A DNA stretch of 64,000 nt from the human T2T-CHM13v2.0 reference genome, Homo sapiens, in NCBI RefSeq assembly GCF_009914755.1, contig NC_060926.1. One strand, written 5' to 3'. Position numbers and translations under genes: made by a program. Below, piece after piece: positions 1 through 11,901 of the stretch (positions are counted from its first letter, which is position 1; every line of letters begins with the position of its first letter). Under the pieces are notes generated by a model. The model saw nothing but the letters and a program-made list of their open reading frames with translations. It had not been told where the DNA came from and made no database searches.

Positions 1-199
1 TAAATTAGATATATTTTACAAGACAGTAATAAGGGTTAGAGACCATGTTTTCAAGCTGTCTGCAACATGATAGGCATTAAATACATGACAACTAGTAATA
101 GGCATTAAATATGTGATAGCTAGTAATAGTAATAGTATTAGTAATAATAATAGTAGTAGTAGTTATCCTGTAACGTAGAAAGGGAAGGACTTCAGTTTC

Positions 200-390
200 A
201 AGATCAGACAGACCTGGGTTCTGATATGGCTCACTAACTGTGTGACCTTGGGCAAATGAATTAACCTCTCTTAGCCTCAATTTACTCTCCTAGAAAAGGG
301 AGCTAATAATAATACAAACCTTTAATGAGGATGAATTACTGCAGGAATATAAGACATATGAGATGTGTACCACTGTACCTGGCACATGGG
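200..390 (+). mobile_element. MIR SINE
   Basis: MIR core ctgtgtgaccttgggcaaatgaattaacctctct and 3' cctggcacat; preceded by (TAA/TAG)n at 121-162. Confidence 0.75.
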
Positions 391-2696
391 AATTCCTTAC
401 AAAAAAACTGGGAAGCCTTGCCCTCAAGAAGACAGCCCTTAGTAGGGATGTGTCAGCCATCCTCAAATATTCAAAGGGCATTTGTGGGAAAGAAAATGGT
501 CTTGCCCAGGGTGGTACCCAGCAGAAGAACAAGGACCAATGGACTAAGGTTTCAGGAGGACCAATTGTGCTAAGGCAAGGGAGGAAGAATGATTCAGAAC
601 CTGGGGCTGACCCATGATGAAGTGCGTGGGCATGGGTTTTAGCGGGAAGCTGACTGCTGGGAGGGGAGGAGGGGCTGCAGAATTCTCCTAGGCTGGTCTG
701 ATGAGGGATACTGGCACCAGGAACATGGTTGGGTGGTTGACCTCTGAGGATCCTTCCAAAGCTGGAACAACACAGTTCTCTTTATAGATGGGAAAGGGAG
801 ACCCAGACTTTCTCAAGGTGGTCCTGCCAGCCCCAGAGAAGGGGCCTCAGCCAGGTCTTTGCCCACTGAGTCTGAGTTATGCAGCTTCCCAACCACACTG
901 TCACAAAGGCACGCATAGAATCCACACCCAGACTCAGGCTTGGAAACGCTGTGGTTGGCGAAGGGAAAGGCAGCAGTTTGAGTTCTTCAAAAATCAGGAC
1001 TCAGGCCCACCCCTCCTCTTCCCAAATTTCCTCTCCCAAGATCATGAGGTCTCTCTTACCCATGGCTTGCTCAATCCACTGCTGGTGGCTGGGCTGTGCA
1101 AACCAAGAGAGACCTGACCCCAATAGTGCTGAGATTTTACCTATTCTCTTCCTGCTAGTAGACAGATAAGCCACCAACTTAAAGTCCCAGGGGATAAGCC
1201 TATTTTCCTCACTCTACTACTTAGCTACAGTTGGGAAGTTCTGAAGTCAGGCAGCTGTGCTTCCTTGGCTAGAGCCAGAGTGTGGTCCTCTGACTGATGT
1301 GATACTGCCCTCTTCCCAAAGCCATTCCCTTTGCTGGGGAGTGGAAGTTATAGCAACACAGATGCAGGTCCAGACCATTCTGAAGAAACTTCATGTGGCC
1401 CAGCAATGCTGTAACTTGATGGTCCTGGCCCACAGCAAAAAAGGCACCAACAGATTCCTCCAGGGAAACAGTTCTCAGTGCCTTCTAACAGGTGCCGTTG
1501 GCCCCTTCTCCAGGGTGGACACTCTGAACGGCCAAGAACAGCCTCCTCTGCTTTTTGCATCTCCAGCTGTTATAGGACGCCTCAGCCATAACCAAGTTCC
1601 TTAGGATTGCTTTGTCTTCCTCAAGGAGCAGCCACCCTTCAAGTATTCAGCCATCTCAAGGGGTCTGATTCATGAGCCTCATACCTCGTGAATTCACAGC
1701 ACTCAATGCTAAGACCCAGGGCTCTCCCTTCTTCCTCACCTCTTCAGAGCTCTCTCTCCCCTTTTCTAATTCACTGGAGAGAAGGCTGGTGTCATGCCTG
1801 AGTCCTCCCCAGCTTCAGAATTATCAAAATCATAGATTGGAGCAATAAATGCCTTTTAGCAAAATTGCATCCCAATAAGCCTTTTTGAAAGCCTAAAATG
1901 TTGTGTTGAGGTGAGATATTCCTCTTTAGACCTTTGCCCCACTCTACCCACCCCCAGGGGAGTGGAGTTGAGCACGGACACCCAGCTGATGGTGGGACCT
2001 TGGCAGCCTACCAGTAGTACCCTGCATTGCATGGCTGGCAAGGTCCAGGCAGTCCACCCCTAAACCAAAGAAGTCACAGAGCCCTACCCCAGTGAGGAGC
2101 CTCTGTCAATTGATATGCACCAGGCACCAGCAAGAGAGGAGGGAGCGACAGAGGACTCAGAAGGGGACAGGCTAGGATGAGCTCTGAATTCTGATGATAA
2201 GTGGAAAATTTGAAATCTTGGGTACCAGGAAAGCCCATGTCTGAAGTGCTGGCAGGAATATGAGCTGCTGCAGTGTTTTTCTCTCTATTGATGCCTCAGA
2301 GTTGCTATTCTCAGCATTTGGGATCTGCTTTTCGGAATACTCAGGTTTCAATTTTTGAAGTGAATTCAAATAATTGCCAAAATGCAGACACTAAAACAAG
2401 CCAGACAGTGCTGGCTGAGCCTTGGCTATTGTCCCTCCCAAGGGGACCAGGGCTTTCTGTTGACTGTCAGCCATACCAGATCACCTCACCAAATTTTCAT
2501 GAGTTTCTTTCTTGTCTCTGGGGCAAAGCGGTGCACTCCTTGAGGGCAGCGGTCATATCTTCCACTCGCGGGCACCAAGTAGGAGCTCAAGGAGTTTAGG
2601 GTTTGGGATTTCAGTGGAATGGGAAGTGTCAGAGGAGGACATGGTGGCCTGATTGGAGTTCCTCCCACAACTAACCAAGACTTTTTGGTTTTTCAG

Positions 2697-2795
2697 GAAG
2701 CAAAGGGGACAGGGGCATGAAAGGAGATGCAGGGGTCATGGGGCCTCCTGGAGCCCAGGGGAGTAAAGGTGACTTCGGGAGGCCAGGCCCACCAG
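2697..2795 (+). CDS. MARCO: MARCO collagen-domain exon (99 bp, probably exon 9)
   Basis: tttcag|GAAGC...CCACCAG|gtaag; phase 1-1; encodes (G)SKGDRGMKGDAGVMGPPGAQGSKGDFGRPGPP, matching human MARCO. Confidence 0.96.
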
Positions 2796-2908
2796 GTAAG
2801 AGGGCACGTGGTCACATCCACTGACCTCTAGGTATTTCCTTTTTTTTTTTTTTCTGGCTGGCTGAGCCAAAGGAAAAAAAAATTCCTAAAAGTTCTTTTT
2901 CATCTTAG

Positions 2909-2944
2909 GTTTGGCTGGTTTTCCTGGAGCTAAAGGAGATCAAG
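2909..2944 (+). CDS. MARCO: MARCO collagen exon (36 bp)
   Basis: cttag|GTTTG...CAAG|gtaag; encodes (G)LAGFPGAKGDQ. Confidence 0.95.
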
Positions 2945-3443
2945 GTAAGAACTACAGGAATCTGGGCATCATCCCAGCTACGACTGTCCCTGGCAGAGTG
3001 AAGCTGGGGACCAGACACCACCATCTTTTGCTTCATTGTAGTATTCACCCAGAACACCTGGGGTTTTTTAGACATCTGGCCCTGGCCAAGAGGAACAGAG
3101 CAGCCAGTGGGCGGTGGGGGCAGGCCTCACTGATGTTTCTCTCTAGACTTTACCCCACTTTGCCACCCAGGGGGTGGAGTTGGACAGTCACACCCAGAGC
3201 TCCTAGTAAGTCCATAAGTCCCAGGCCCTGCAGATGGAAAAGATTAGTAAGTTGCTGAGAATAATTTTCCTCCTACTAAGAGGGCTAGCTCATGGCTTCT
3301 AAAGAGAGGTGTTAAAGCTGCCAAGAGGACTGTAAGGTGTTAAGAGGTACATGTCTCACTGCTGAAAACAGAAGCACTGGGGGTTGGGGTATCTGGGCCC
3401 TCTGCCAACCACCACAGCCTGGCAGTCACTACTTTCCTTTCAG

Positions 3444-3542
3444 GACAACCTGGACTGCAGGGTGTTCCGGGCCCTCCTGGTGCAGTGGGACACCCAGGTG
3501 CCAAGGGTGAGCCTGGCAGTGCTGGCTCCCCTGGGCGAGCAG
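3444..3542 (+). CDS. MARCO: MARCO collagen exon (99 bp)
   Basis: tttcag|GACAA...GCAG|gtgag; encodes (G)[32 protein letters not shown]. Confidence 0.96.
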
Positions 3543-3635
3543 GTGAGGTCCTGGGTCCTATGGTGGGCACAGGGAGTGATGTGTGAAAACCTGCCTAGTC
3601 CAGCCCTTATGCTCTCTGTGGTGTCTGTTGTCCAG

Positions 3636-3698
3636 GACTTCCAGGGAGCCCCGGGAGTCCAGGAGCCACAGGCCTGAAAGGAAGCAAAGGGGACACAG
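3636..3698 (+). CDS. MARCO: MARCO collagen exon (63 bp)
   Basis: tccag|GACTT...ACAG|gtaac; encodes (G)LPGSPGSPGATGLKGSKGDT. Confidence 0.95.
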
Positions 3699-6339
3699 GT
3701 AACAGAGGGTGCAGTGGGTGAGTAGGTGGGCTTGCTGGGTGGCAGGATGGATGGAGAGAAAAACTGCTTCTTCTTAGGCCCACGGAGGAGGCAGAGGGTC
3801 TTCTGTGCCTTGGCCTCTGAGGTTCCTGGTTATGGGGGCAGTTGCCCCTGCCAGGACCCCTTAAGCCCAAGGGCCTAGGGCTGTTCTTTCTCTTCTCAGA
3901 GCTCATGAAAGTCCTTGAATGCCATGACCAAACCTCCAGCATCACGGAGGAGAGCAAAGCACCTTGCCCATACCATCTCCCTGGTCTGCCTCCCAGCTGT
4001 ATGTTTCTGCTGTCTCCTGCTAACCCTTCATTGGGGCCCCTAAGAGGGGGTCCAAGAGTCTAGATTCAGGCTGGAGGGTCCAGAAAACTCTTCTTCCACA
4101 TTTTCCTAGGGGGGCAGCCTGGGAGCACTGACCCACACTAGCCAAAGACTAGTTTATACCATAATGCCAACAGAGTCTAGGTTAGTCTAGGTTATATACC
4201 ATCATGTCTATTTAGTCTAGGTCGTAAACCATTGTACCAATATAGTCTACTTTATAAGCCGTTTTGGTCCAGTCACAGTGTGCTTGCTTGGTCTAGAAAG
4301 TCCAGACCACTATCACAATGCATAAGATCAATTCCTGCCTTTCTGCCCTGACATGCAGGGTATTGCAGTGAACAGAGACTGTTGCCAGATGATGTGGGCA
4401 CACTCTGATTGGGCATTTCTGTGGAGAACTGTTGCACATTGGAAAGCCAAGAGCGGGCAGGAGGGGCAATGGGGAAGGCAGGGTTGTGATGTAAAGCTGC
4501 ATGTCTGCCAAGGACATCTGTAGACAGTCTGCCTCCACCCCTGTCCTCTGCCTGAGAAGGTCACGCTTGTGTCAGACAACCTAGATGCCCTCACCCCCGT
4601 GCTGTGCTAGAGACCTACACTGGGACCTGGCCCTCCACAGCTCTAATCAATTGATTGATTCATTCATCACCACCTCCTGGCAAACCTTGGGCTCTGGGCT
4701 TGAGCTTTTGTGTTTCTTTGAAAGCTGTCGGGAGCCATGGCAAGCGCAGTTTTACACCCTCTCTGTCCTTGTAATCTGTCGAGCCCCAGAGCAATTGTGT
4801 TTTTTATGGACAGTGTGTTTGGGAGGATCCCTGCTACCTGATCCCATGTGGATGCCACCTGAAGGCCACTAGCTGGGTCTCACCATAGGAAAGTTTCCAT
4901 CTGGGTATAGTCGTCAGATGTTCCTGACTTGTTCACTGTCCATTCTGATCTTATAATTCCATCTTCTCTGGTCCCCAGTCTCAGAGTCCATCTGACTATG
5001 AGACCTGATGCTCTCTTGCCCCTGAGCCTTCTGTGTGATTTCATGGAGATGATTGCTTTCATCTCTCGGTTGTAAATAGTAGTCACCCTCTGCCCCCACC
5101 CCCACTGCCAGACTAACGGTTCTCAACTAACCAAGAGTATTGGAGGTAAAACATGATTTTACCCACAGGAGCATTGTGCTTACTCCCCAAGCCCCAAGCT
5201 TGTGTCTTCCACAGTCTGAGGGTAGGGAATCCTGCCCTGCCCTTTGCATCCTGGGAGGATTTGCAGAACAAAAGCAGCTCCTGCTAATGAGCATCTTCTT
5301 GACACCCAGTGGGACAAGCACTCTTTGTAGCACAACTTTACGGTCAAACAGCCATTAAGAGATGCAGCCAGGTTCAAATCTAGGCCAGTACAAGACAAAG
5401 CTTGGGATCTTATTAGTACAGTCTATCATGAGTTCTCCCTCCCCAGCCCCACAATCAGGGTGTGCTGATGAGTGACACCTCCTCCCTTCATCCCAGTTCA
5501 GAAAGGATCAGAGCAGAAGGTAGCAGCTTGTTCCATTCCTGGGAAGAAACATGAAGCTTTCAGGCCCTATCATGGTTCTTAGTTATTTAACCAGGACCCC
5601 ACACCCATTTTAGCAAAAGACTTTTGGCCCATAGCTTGGGGATCATTTTAATTTCATCCTCATCGAGACCTTTTATATCTGCTGAATACCCTTATGGAGT
5701 TCTCCAATAATTAGGCCTAGTGGTGAGTACCAGCCAGCAAATTCTAGGGGTTACCCTTAATTCTGGCTGACCAAGTAAACATGAGGAAGTGCATTTCAAT
5801 TTGGGGCTTGTGATAATTCCCGTTTATCTAAAACTGTGCAGGTTGCCCACCCGAGTCCAAATGTTTTCCTTGATTTAGTAGCTGACAGTCCACATGGACA
5901 TCTCAGAGGGGAATTCCAATAGGACCATAATCTGGCTAATTTAGCTGGGTATGTAGATCATCCTGGAGTCATAGGCTAATAAACTTCCGGAGAGATTAGA
6001 TTTGACAACTTCTGAAGTGGGAGAAGCAGGGGCAGGCAGAGGGTGGGAGCCCAATCTCCCCATCATGGAGCACAGTGTATACTTGTCAATGTCAGGATGT
6101 CGGTATTCCCCAAACTAAAGCCACTGCAGTGCTTGGCCAGTGTTGATATATCAAGCCAGGTTTCCAAACTGATGTATTTCCCATTTTGTAAATAAAATCG
6201 TTAATCTCTCAAGAGAATATCTAGCCACTTTAGATGAAAACAGAAAAATTACAGTGCGTTGGCTTGACCTAGGTGACAGCTAGGTTTCATTACTGCGCAT
6301 TAATTATTTTAAAAACATGAGCTGTCTGTTCATTATTAT

Positions 6340-6520
6340 CAGTGCCTCTGGGCCAGGCACTGTGCCTGGGTCTTGACTCCCATGATCACACTGAACTTAT
6401 CATTCCTACTTTACAAACAAGGAAGCAAAGGCTCAGAGAGAGTAAACCCTTTGCTCACAGTGTCACAGGGAGCATGAACTGAATTCAGAAGTGAATCCCA
6501 AAGTCTGATTCCAGAGTTGT
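6340..6520 (-). mobile_element. MIR SINE
   Basis: ccaggcactgtgc...aggctcagagagagtaaaccctttgctcacagtgtcacag. Confidence 0.65.
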
Positions 6521-7605
6521 GCTTTTCCAGAATCGGTTTTATGGAAGAACGTAGAGTGTATGATTTGAGAGAAATCGGTTACCTTCACCCTGTCCCCACC
6601 CCAGCCACACCTCCCACTCCTCCATAAATGGGTAAATCCTGGCTTGGTCACCAAGCCTTTCTACCTCCTCCACAGCCACTGACCACACTCTACCCCATTC
6701 AGGTGAAATGCTTCCTCTTGTTTGCATCTCTTGAGAGAGGAGCCAGCTCATATTAAAGAAGACAAAGAGGAAATTCTTCCCATTCTGGTGGGAAGATAAC
6801 CTCCACAGTTTATTAAGCAAGGCACCATACCCTGCAGAACCTTCTCTCAGGGTCACTTTTTTTACCTACTAGAAACAGACCCTGTCCAGCCTCCATCACT
6901 TAGTATTTCTAACATTTTCACTTTCAAAGATTGCAGAAGAATAATCCAATTTTAGCTCTACATGTCTTAGCTATTTTGAAATAATATTTATTTAGAAATA
7001 AGGAAGGACTCCACTTCGGCTTGTAATCATGACATTTCTCTTTTTACCATTTACACCTCATGAAATAACATTAGAAGCAGCCAAAACATTTAAACTCCAA
7101 AACACCAATCTGATTGGAAATTCTTTATCTCAATGGCCTTTATGTCTAAACTATAGCAATGTGAATTTTCCATGCCCTTTTATTTTCCTCTTGGGGCAAA
7201 ACCGAAGTGCAAATAACTCAAAATCCATTTTCTCATCTGTATTTGAAGATGTTTTACTTTAAAGATAAGCCAAAAAGATCATCCATAATAGCAATTGAGC
7301 CCTATGTCATGAATATAATTTCTTAGTTAATTCCATTCCTTATATCTAAGTTCTGAGATAGTCCAATAATTTATTAAATTCTACTAAGTCAAATCACTAA
7401 ATTGTCATTTATAAAACTCTTCCTCATTTTCCTCTAAGTTTCTGAGAGAGCTCTGCAGAAGTCTACACATACCCCAATTTTGAGTCCCTTATCCTTCATC
7501 TCACTTCTTACCACAAGGTCGATTTGTCAGTTATTAGCTCAATCCTAAATTTGCCAGGTTGCATCTAGCCTCCAAGTTGGCATGGTATTTAGGAAAGTTT
7601 CCCCA

Positions 7606-7805
7606 GACGGGGCAAGACAGCAATGTCCCCCTCTCTACAAAACATAAAAAAATTAGCTGGGCATAGTGGCATGTACCTGTAGTCTCAGCTACTCAGGTGG
7701 CTGAAGGAGGAGGAGAAGGATCACTTGAGCCAAAGAATTTGAGCCTGCAGTGAGCTATGATTGCACCACTGCACTCCAGCCTGAGCAACAGAGTGAGACC
7801 CTGTC
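7606..7805 (+). mobile_element. 5'-truncated Alu (AluJ-like)
   Basis: ctctacaaaa linker, right arm ...gcagtgagctatgattgcaccactgcactccagcctgagcaacagagtgagaccctgtc. Confidence 0.85.
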
Positions 7806-7898
7806 AAAAAGAAGAAAGAAAGAAAGAGAGAGAGAGGAAGGAAGGAAGGGAGGGAGGGAGGGAGGGAAGGAAAGAAGAAAGAAAGAAAGAAAGAAGGA

Positions 7899-7954
<56 letters not shown>

Positions 7955-8083
7955 AGGAAGGAAGGAAAGAAAGAAAGAAAGAAAGAAAGAAAAGAAAGAA
8001 AGAAAGAGAAAGAAAGAGAAAGAAAGAAGAAAGAAAGAAAAGAAAGAGTGTGAGAGAAAAGAAAAGAAAGGGAAAGAAAGAAA
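7806..8083 (+). repeat. (GAAA)n/(GGAA)n compound polypurine microsatellite grown from the Alu tail
   Basis: directly visible; almost purine-only for about 280 bp. Confidence 0.95.
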
Positions 8084-8924
8084 GTTTTCTTAATGTATTG
8101 GAGATTTCTCCATTTCACTCAGAATCAGGAGATCTGAGCCTCAGCTTGAACTTACCCCTGACTAGCTGAGTGACCACAGGCTCAGCTACTTGACGTTGCT
8201 GAGCCTGTTTCCTTTTCTGTGGCGTGCAAGCAGTATAGAAGAACACCAGGTCCCTGACAGTTTCACAGCACTCTGGGTTTGAAATAGGCAGCTTCCCTGG
8301 GAGCAGGAACAATTGAAGACTTTAGTCAGAACACCAGCTCAACACTAAACAACTGGAAGGCATATGTTTTCTAACTTAACACACATTTCTTGGGAGAATA
8401 TTATTTCTGTAAAAACACTTTGCAAGTAAATATTTGGAACCCTTTCAGCTTGATAAGCTTGTGATACTTGGGGAAAGCCAGCTTGCTTATGGTTAAGAAG
8501 AAAAATCCAGCATTTATTTGCTCTCCAGCGTAGTTTTACAACATGCAGCTCTAGAACCTATTTTTTAGCCATTTCTCCCTCTACTCTGCAGGAGCTGATC
8601 CTATCAGGATGCTGCCTTGATTTATAGTGAAGTAATTACTAGTTCCTCCATCGATTAGTCCATGGACAACCACTCAGCCAGTGTTCTCTTAGAGTCCAGC
8701 GAGGCTTGGAGAGAAATGATACAAACCTCAATTCTAATTTCCAATACCCATTAAATACATATCAGAAGGCATTTCATCAAGGTCCAACCTCTGCTATAGG
8801 AACTGTGGGTCTGGGAGGATTCAGATGCGAGAGGGGCTGTGAGCTCCTAAAGAGACAAGGAAGGCTGCTCGTAGGAGGTGGGCTGTAAGCTGGTCGCTCA
8901 AGAATGAGTGAGAGTTGTTTAGGG

Positions 8925-9112
8925 CAGTGTTACTCAAAATGTGGTCCTGAGACTTGCAGCATTAGCATCACCTGGGAACTTGTTAGTACTGTGGATTCTT
9001 GGATTCCCACTCCAGTCCCACTAAATCAGTGACTCCGGTGGGACCTAGCAAGTTGTTTACTAACAAGATGCACCCAGATGATTCTGATGTATTCTCTAGT
9101 TTGACTACTCCT
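8925..9112. mobile_element. MER5A-like hAT-Charlie MITE
   Basis: cagtgttactcaaaatgtggtcc...agcatcacctgggaacttgttag...gatgattctgatg, resembling the MER5A consensus. Confidence 0.75.
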
Positions 9113-9279
9113 CTTTTAGGGGGAAGAAATGGCCTCAGGGAGGCTGGAGGTGTCTTGGGAACCAAGTGCGTAGACCAAGTGAAACTCCAGATAGGAGTGA
9201 GCCTAGTACTAGTGGAACAAAGGTGCCTTCAGGGAACATTGGGAGGCTGGGCCTGGGTGACAGCCCCAACTTCCCCCAT

Positions 9280-9440
9280 TCACTCTTATGTGACCTTGAA
9301 TTACTCACCTAGCATCTCTGAGTGTGTACTTTCTCCTCTGTAAAGGAGGGAAATCACACTGCCTTGGAGGGTGGCTGAAAGATCAAACAAGGTCATGGAT
9401 GTAAAGCCCCTGGCACAGTGCCTGGCGTGATGCAGGCAGC
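9280..9440 (+). mobile_element. MIR SINE
   Basis: tgtgaccttgaattactcacc...ctgtaaag...cctggcacagtgcctggc. Confidence 0.65.
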
Positions 9441-9657
9441 AGAAAATGCTGAGTCCCCTGGAGGTGAGGAGCTAGGAAGGGAGAGTGTGGGAAATGAAGA
9501 GGGAGAGTCAGGCTTGGGGCTATGGACCTGGTGAACAGGGGCTTCCCTATGATTCCTGTCTTTAGAGGGTGTTTGCTGCTCGGTGCTTTAGGGGACAGTT
9601 GGAGGGGTGCATCTCTTTAGGTGGTCACAATAAAGGGTGGTCACAGTGTTTTGAGGC

Positions 9658-9985
9658 CCCTTCTACTTACCTGCATGTGAACAGCGTATGTCAAGACTGG
9701 TGGGGAGAAAGACCACAATCTATATGTCTATGATGGTGATGAAGCAGGAAACAGTCCACATCCAGACTCTTGGCCCCTTCTATCTGCATCCCAGAGGGTG
9801 CCATGTTGCAGAAATCTCTACCTTAAGAGCGTGTCCCTAGAGGTAGGGTTCAGGGACCCCAAGACATAGTGACCTCCCTGGATGTGGACTGTTTTCTACT
9901 TCATCACCATCATAGACATACAGAATGTGATCTTTCGCCCAACCCATCTTGGCGTATGCTGTTCAGATGCAGGTAAGCAGAAGGG
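9658..9985. repeat. Inverted repeat, 108-bp arms (9658-9765 and 9878-9985), 112-bp spacer
   Basis: manual ungapped alignment gives 94/108 identical positions. Confidence 0.93.
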
Positions 9986-10159
9986 AAACATCTGTCGCTT
10001 CTCCTGGGCAATCTCAGCTAAGCCCTTCAGGTCAATAGCAGACATTTTCTGGGTGCTAGCTGTGCAGCAATCCTGGTGCTCATGTGTGGACTCAACCTCA
10101 GTGCCTGAGGTGCTCCCCACCTGGAGGGGACACAGGACACTGTGGGTCCTGTTACATCA

Positions 10160-10360
10160 TTTATTCAGCACTGGCTGGGCACCGGGCTCAGCGCTTGATA
10201 CACACGATTTCATTTCAGCCTTACAACTGCCTCAGGAGGCAAACAAGGAGACTCAGAGAAGGAAACTGAGGCTCAGAGCAGGGACACCTGGCTCAAGGTC
10301 ACAAAGTTAGTATAAGACAGAAGTGGACTCAAGTCCGGGCTGTCAGACTTTGGAACCACT
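10160..10360 (-). mobile_element. MIR SINE
   Basis: ggaaactgaggctcagag...ctcaaggtcacaaagttag. Confidence 0.7.
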
Positions 10361-11856
10361 TTGCTTTACTGCCTTGGGAGAAAGGATATCTTGTCTTGGG
10401 CGAGGGAGAGAAGGCTTCACAGGTGGTGACATCTGACATCTTTGCAGAGTTTACAAGCTAAATGTGAGTTCTCCAGGTGAACCAAAGCAGTGAGGCATTC
10501 TATTCAGAGGGACAGGTGTGTGCACAAATGGCCCTGTGTAAGCTGGGGCCTGTCTGCCAGGGGCTGACCTCTAAGGCACCTCCAGCTCTTACAAAAACCT
10601 ATCCCAACCTCAGTTCTGTCCCTTTCCCTAACACGAGGAACAGAAGTAGCTGCCCTCTCAGAATCTTCTGGTGCTTCCTGCTTCTCTTGTTGCCTGGGTC
10701 TGCAGCGGCAGCTCCCAGCCCCTTAGCTCTCCAGCCCTCCTCCCCAGGCAGCACCAGGCCTGGAGGTGGGATCTGAAATGCCCCCAGAGTCACAACTTCT
10801 CTTGCTCGTTATTCCAAGAAGGGGCCCTGAAGAGGTCTGCCAGCCCCTTGCCTCTCCCTCCACTGACCAGCACACTGCAGGTGCTTGGGAAATCCAGGGA
10901 TTGAAGTGAGAGGTGGGGCAGGGCAGGCAGAAACTTCCCCGAGGCAACTGCAAGGAGGTTGACTGAGCTCCATGCTTGGCTGGGGACACAGATACTTATG
11001 ACTCACTGTTGGTGTTCCCCTCATTACCCTCTAGTAACTGTTATTGATAGTCAATAATGAGCTTGCATTTTCCCAAGTTTGTGTAACTGCCTTGAGGAGT
11101 CCTATTTCTCTGAAATAAAATAAATATTGGCACTTAAAATCAAGAGGACATGATCTTGCTAAATGAACAAATTATTATCTCAGTGACCCAGCAGGATGCT
11201 GGGGACAGTGGGCCTTCCATGAAAGTTTACTGAAAAAAAAGGATGAATGGATGGAAAGAAGGAAGAAAGGGGGACCTTTAACATTAACTACAATAGGATC
11301 ATCATCAATGACTGTGGTTATTATTTTTCCATTTTCTGGACATTAGACCCTTTAGCCACATGAATCTTTAGCCACTGGGAGCCACAATGAAAAAAACCAA
11401 CAAATACTTGAAGAGCATCTACTATGCAGGAGGACCTCCAAAGCTCCTGGTGGCCACTGAGCCCCTCCACAGTCTTTTAGCAATAAAGATAACTTTATTT
11501 ACCAAATATCTCCCAATTCTCTTCCAATATAAATGCAACAGCAGGGAATGGGATTGGATTTAGATGCCAGGTCAGGTTACCGGGGGGCAGGGAAGGCCAG
11601 TGGTGCATCTGGGGTCTGTCTAATCCAGGCTTTCATCCAGTACTTTGCCGTTTCACCCCCAACACACCTGTTCTCATTCATCTGCAGACTGTCTCTTTTC
11701 ATGATCTGCTGAAGAGGCTTTAAACAATCGTGGAGAACCAATGTATCTTTCCATCTGCATTAATCAGACAAAAGGTAGAGGTTGTCTAAGATTAAAAATG
11801 TCTAATACCTAAGTTTTATTATCTCCTCCCCCCCCCCTTTTTTGTTTTGATCTTAG

Positions 11857-11901
11857 GACTTCAAGGACAGCAAGGAAGAAAAGGAGAATCAGGAGTTCCA
11901 G
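11857..11901 (+). CDS. MARCO: MARCO collagen exon (45 bp)
   Basis: cttag|GACTT...CCAG|gtaaa; encodes (G)LQGQQGRKGESGVP; follows an 8.2-kb intron. Confidence 0.95.

Noticed and set aside
3340-3570. Minus-strand Gly/Pro-rich ORF
   Set aside because: Antisense shadow of a MARCO collagen exon
7750-8169. Lys/Glu/Arg-rich and Phe/Leu/Ser-rich ORFs
   Set aside because: Translations of the (GAAA)n microsatellite and Alu; the same applies to the ORFs at 13757-14351 and 48775-49072
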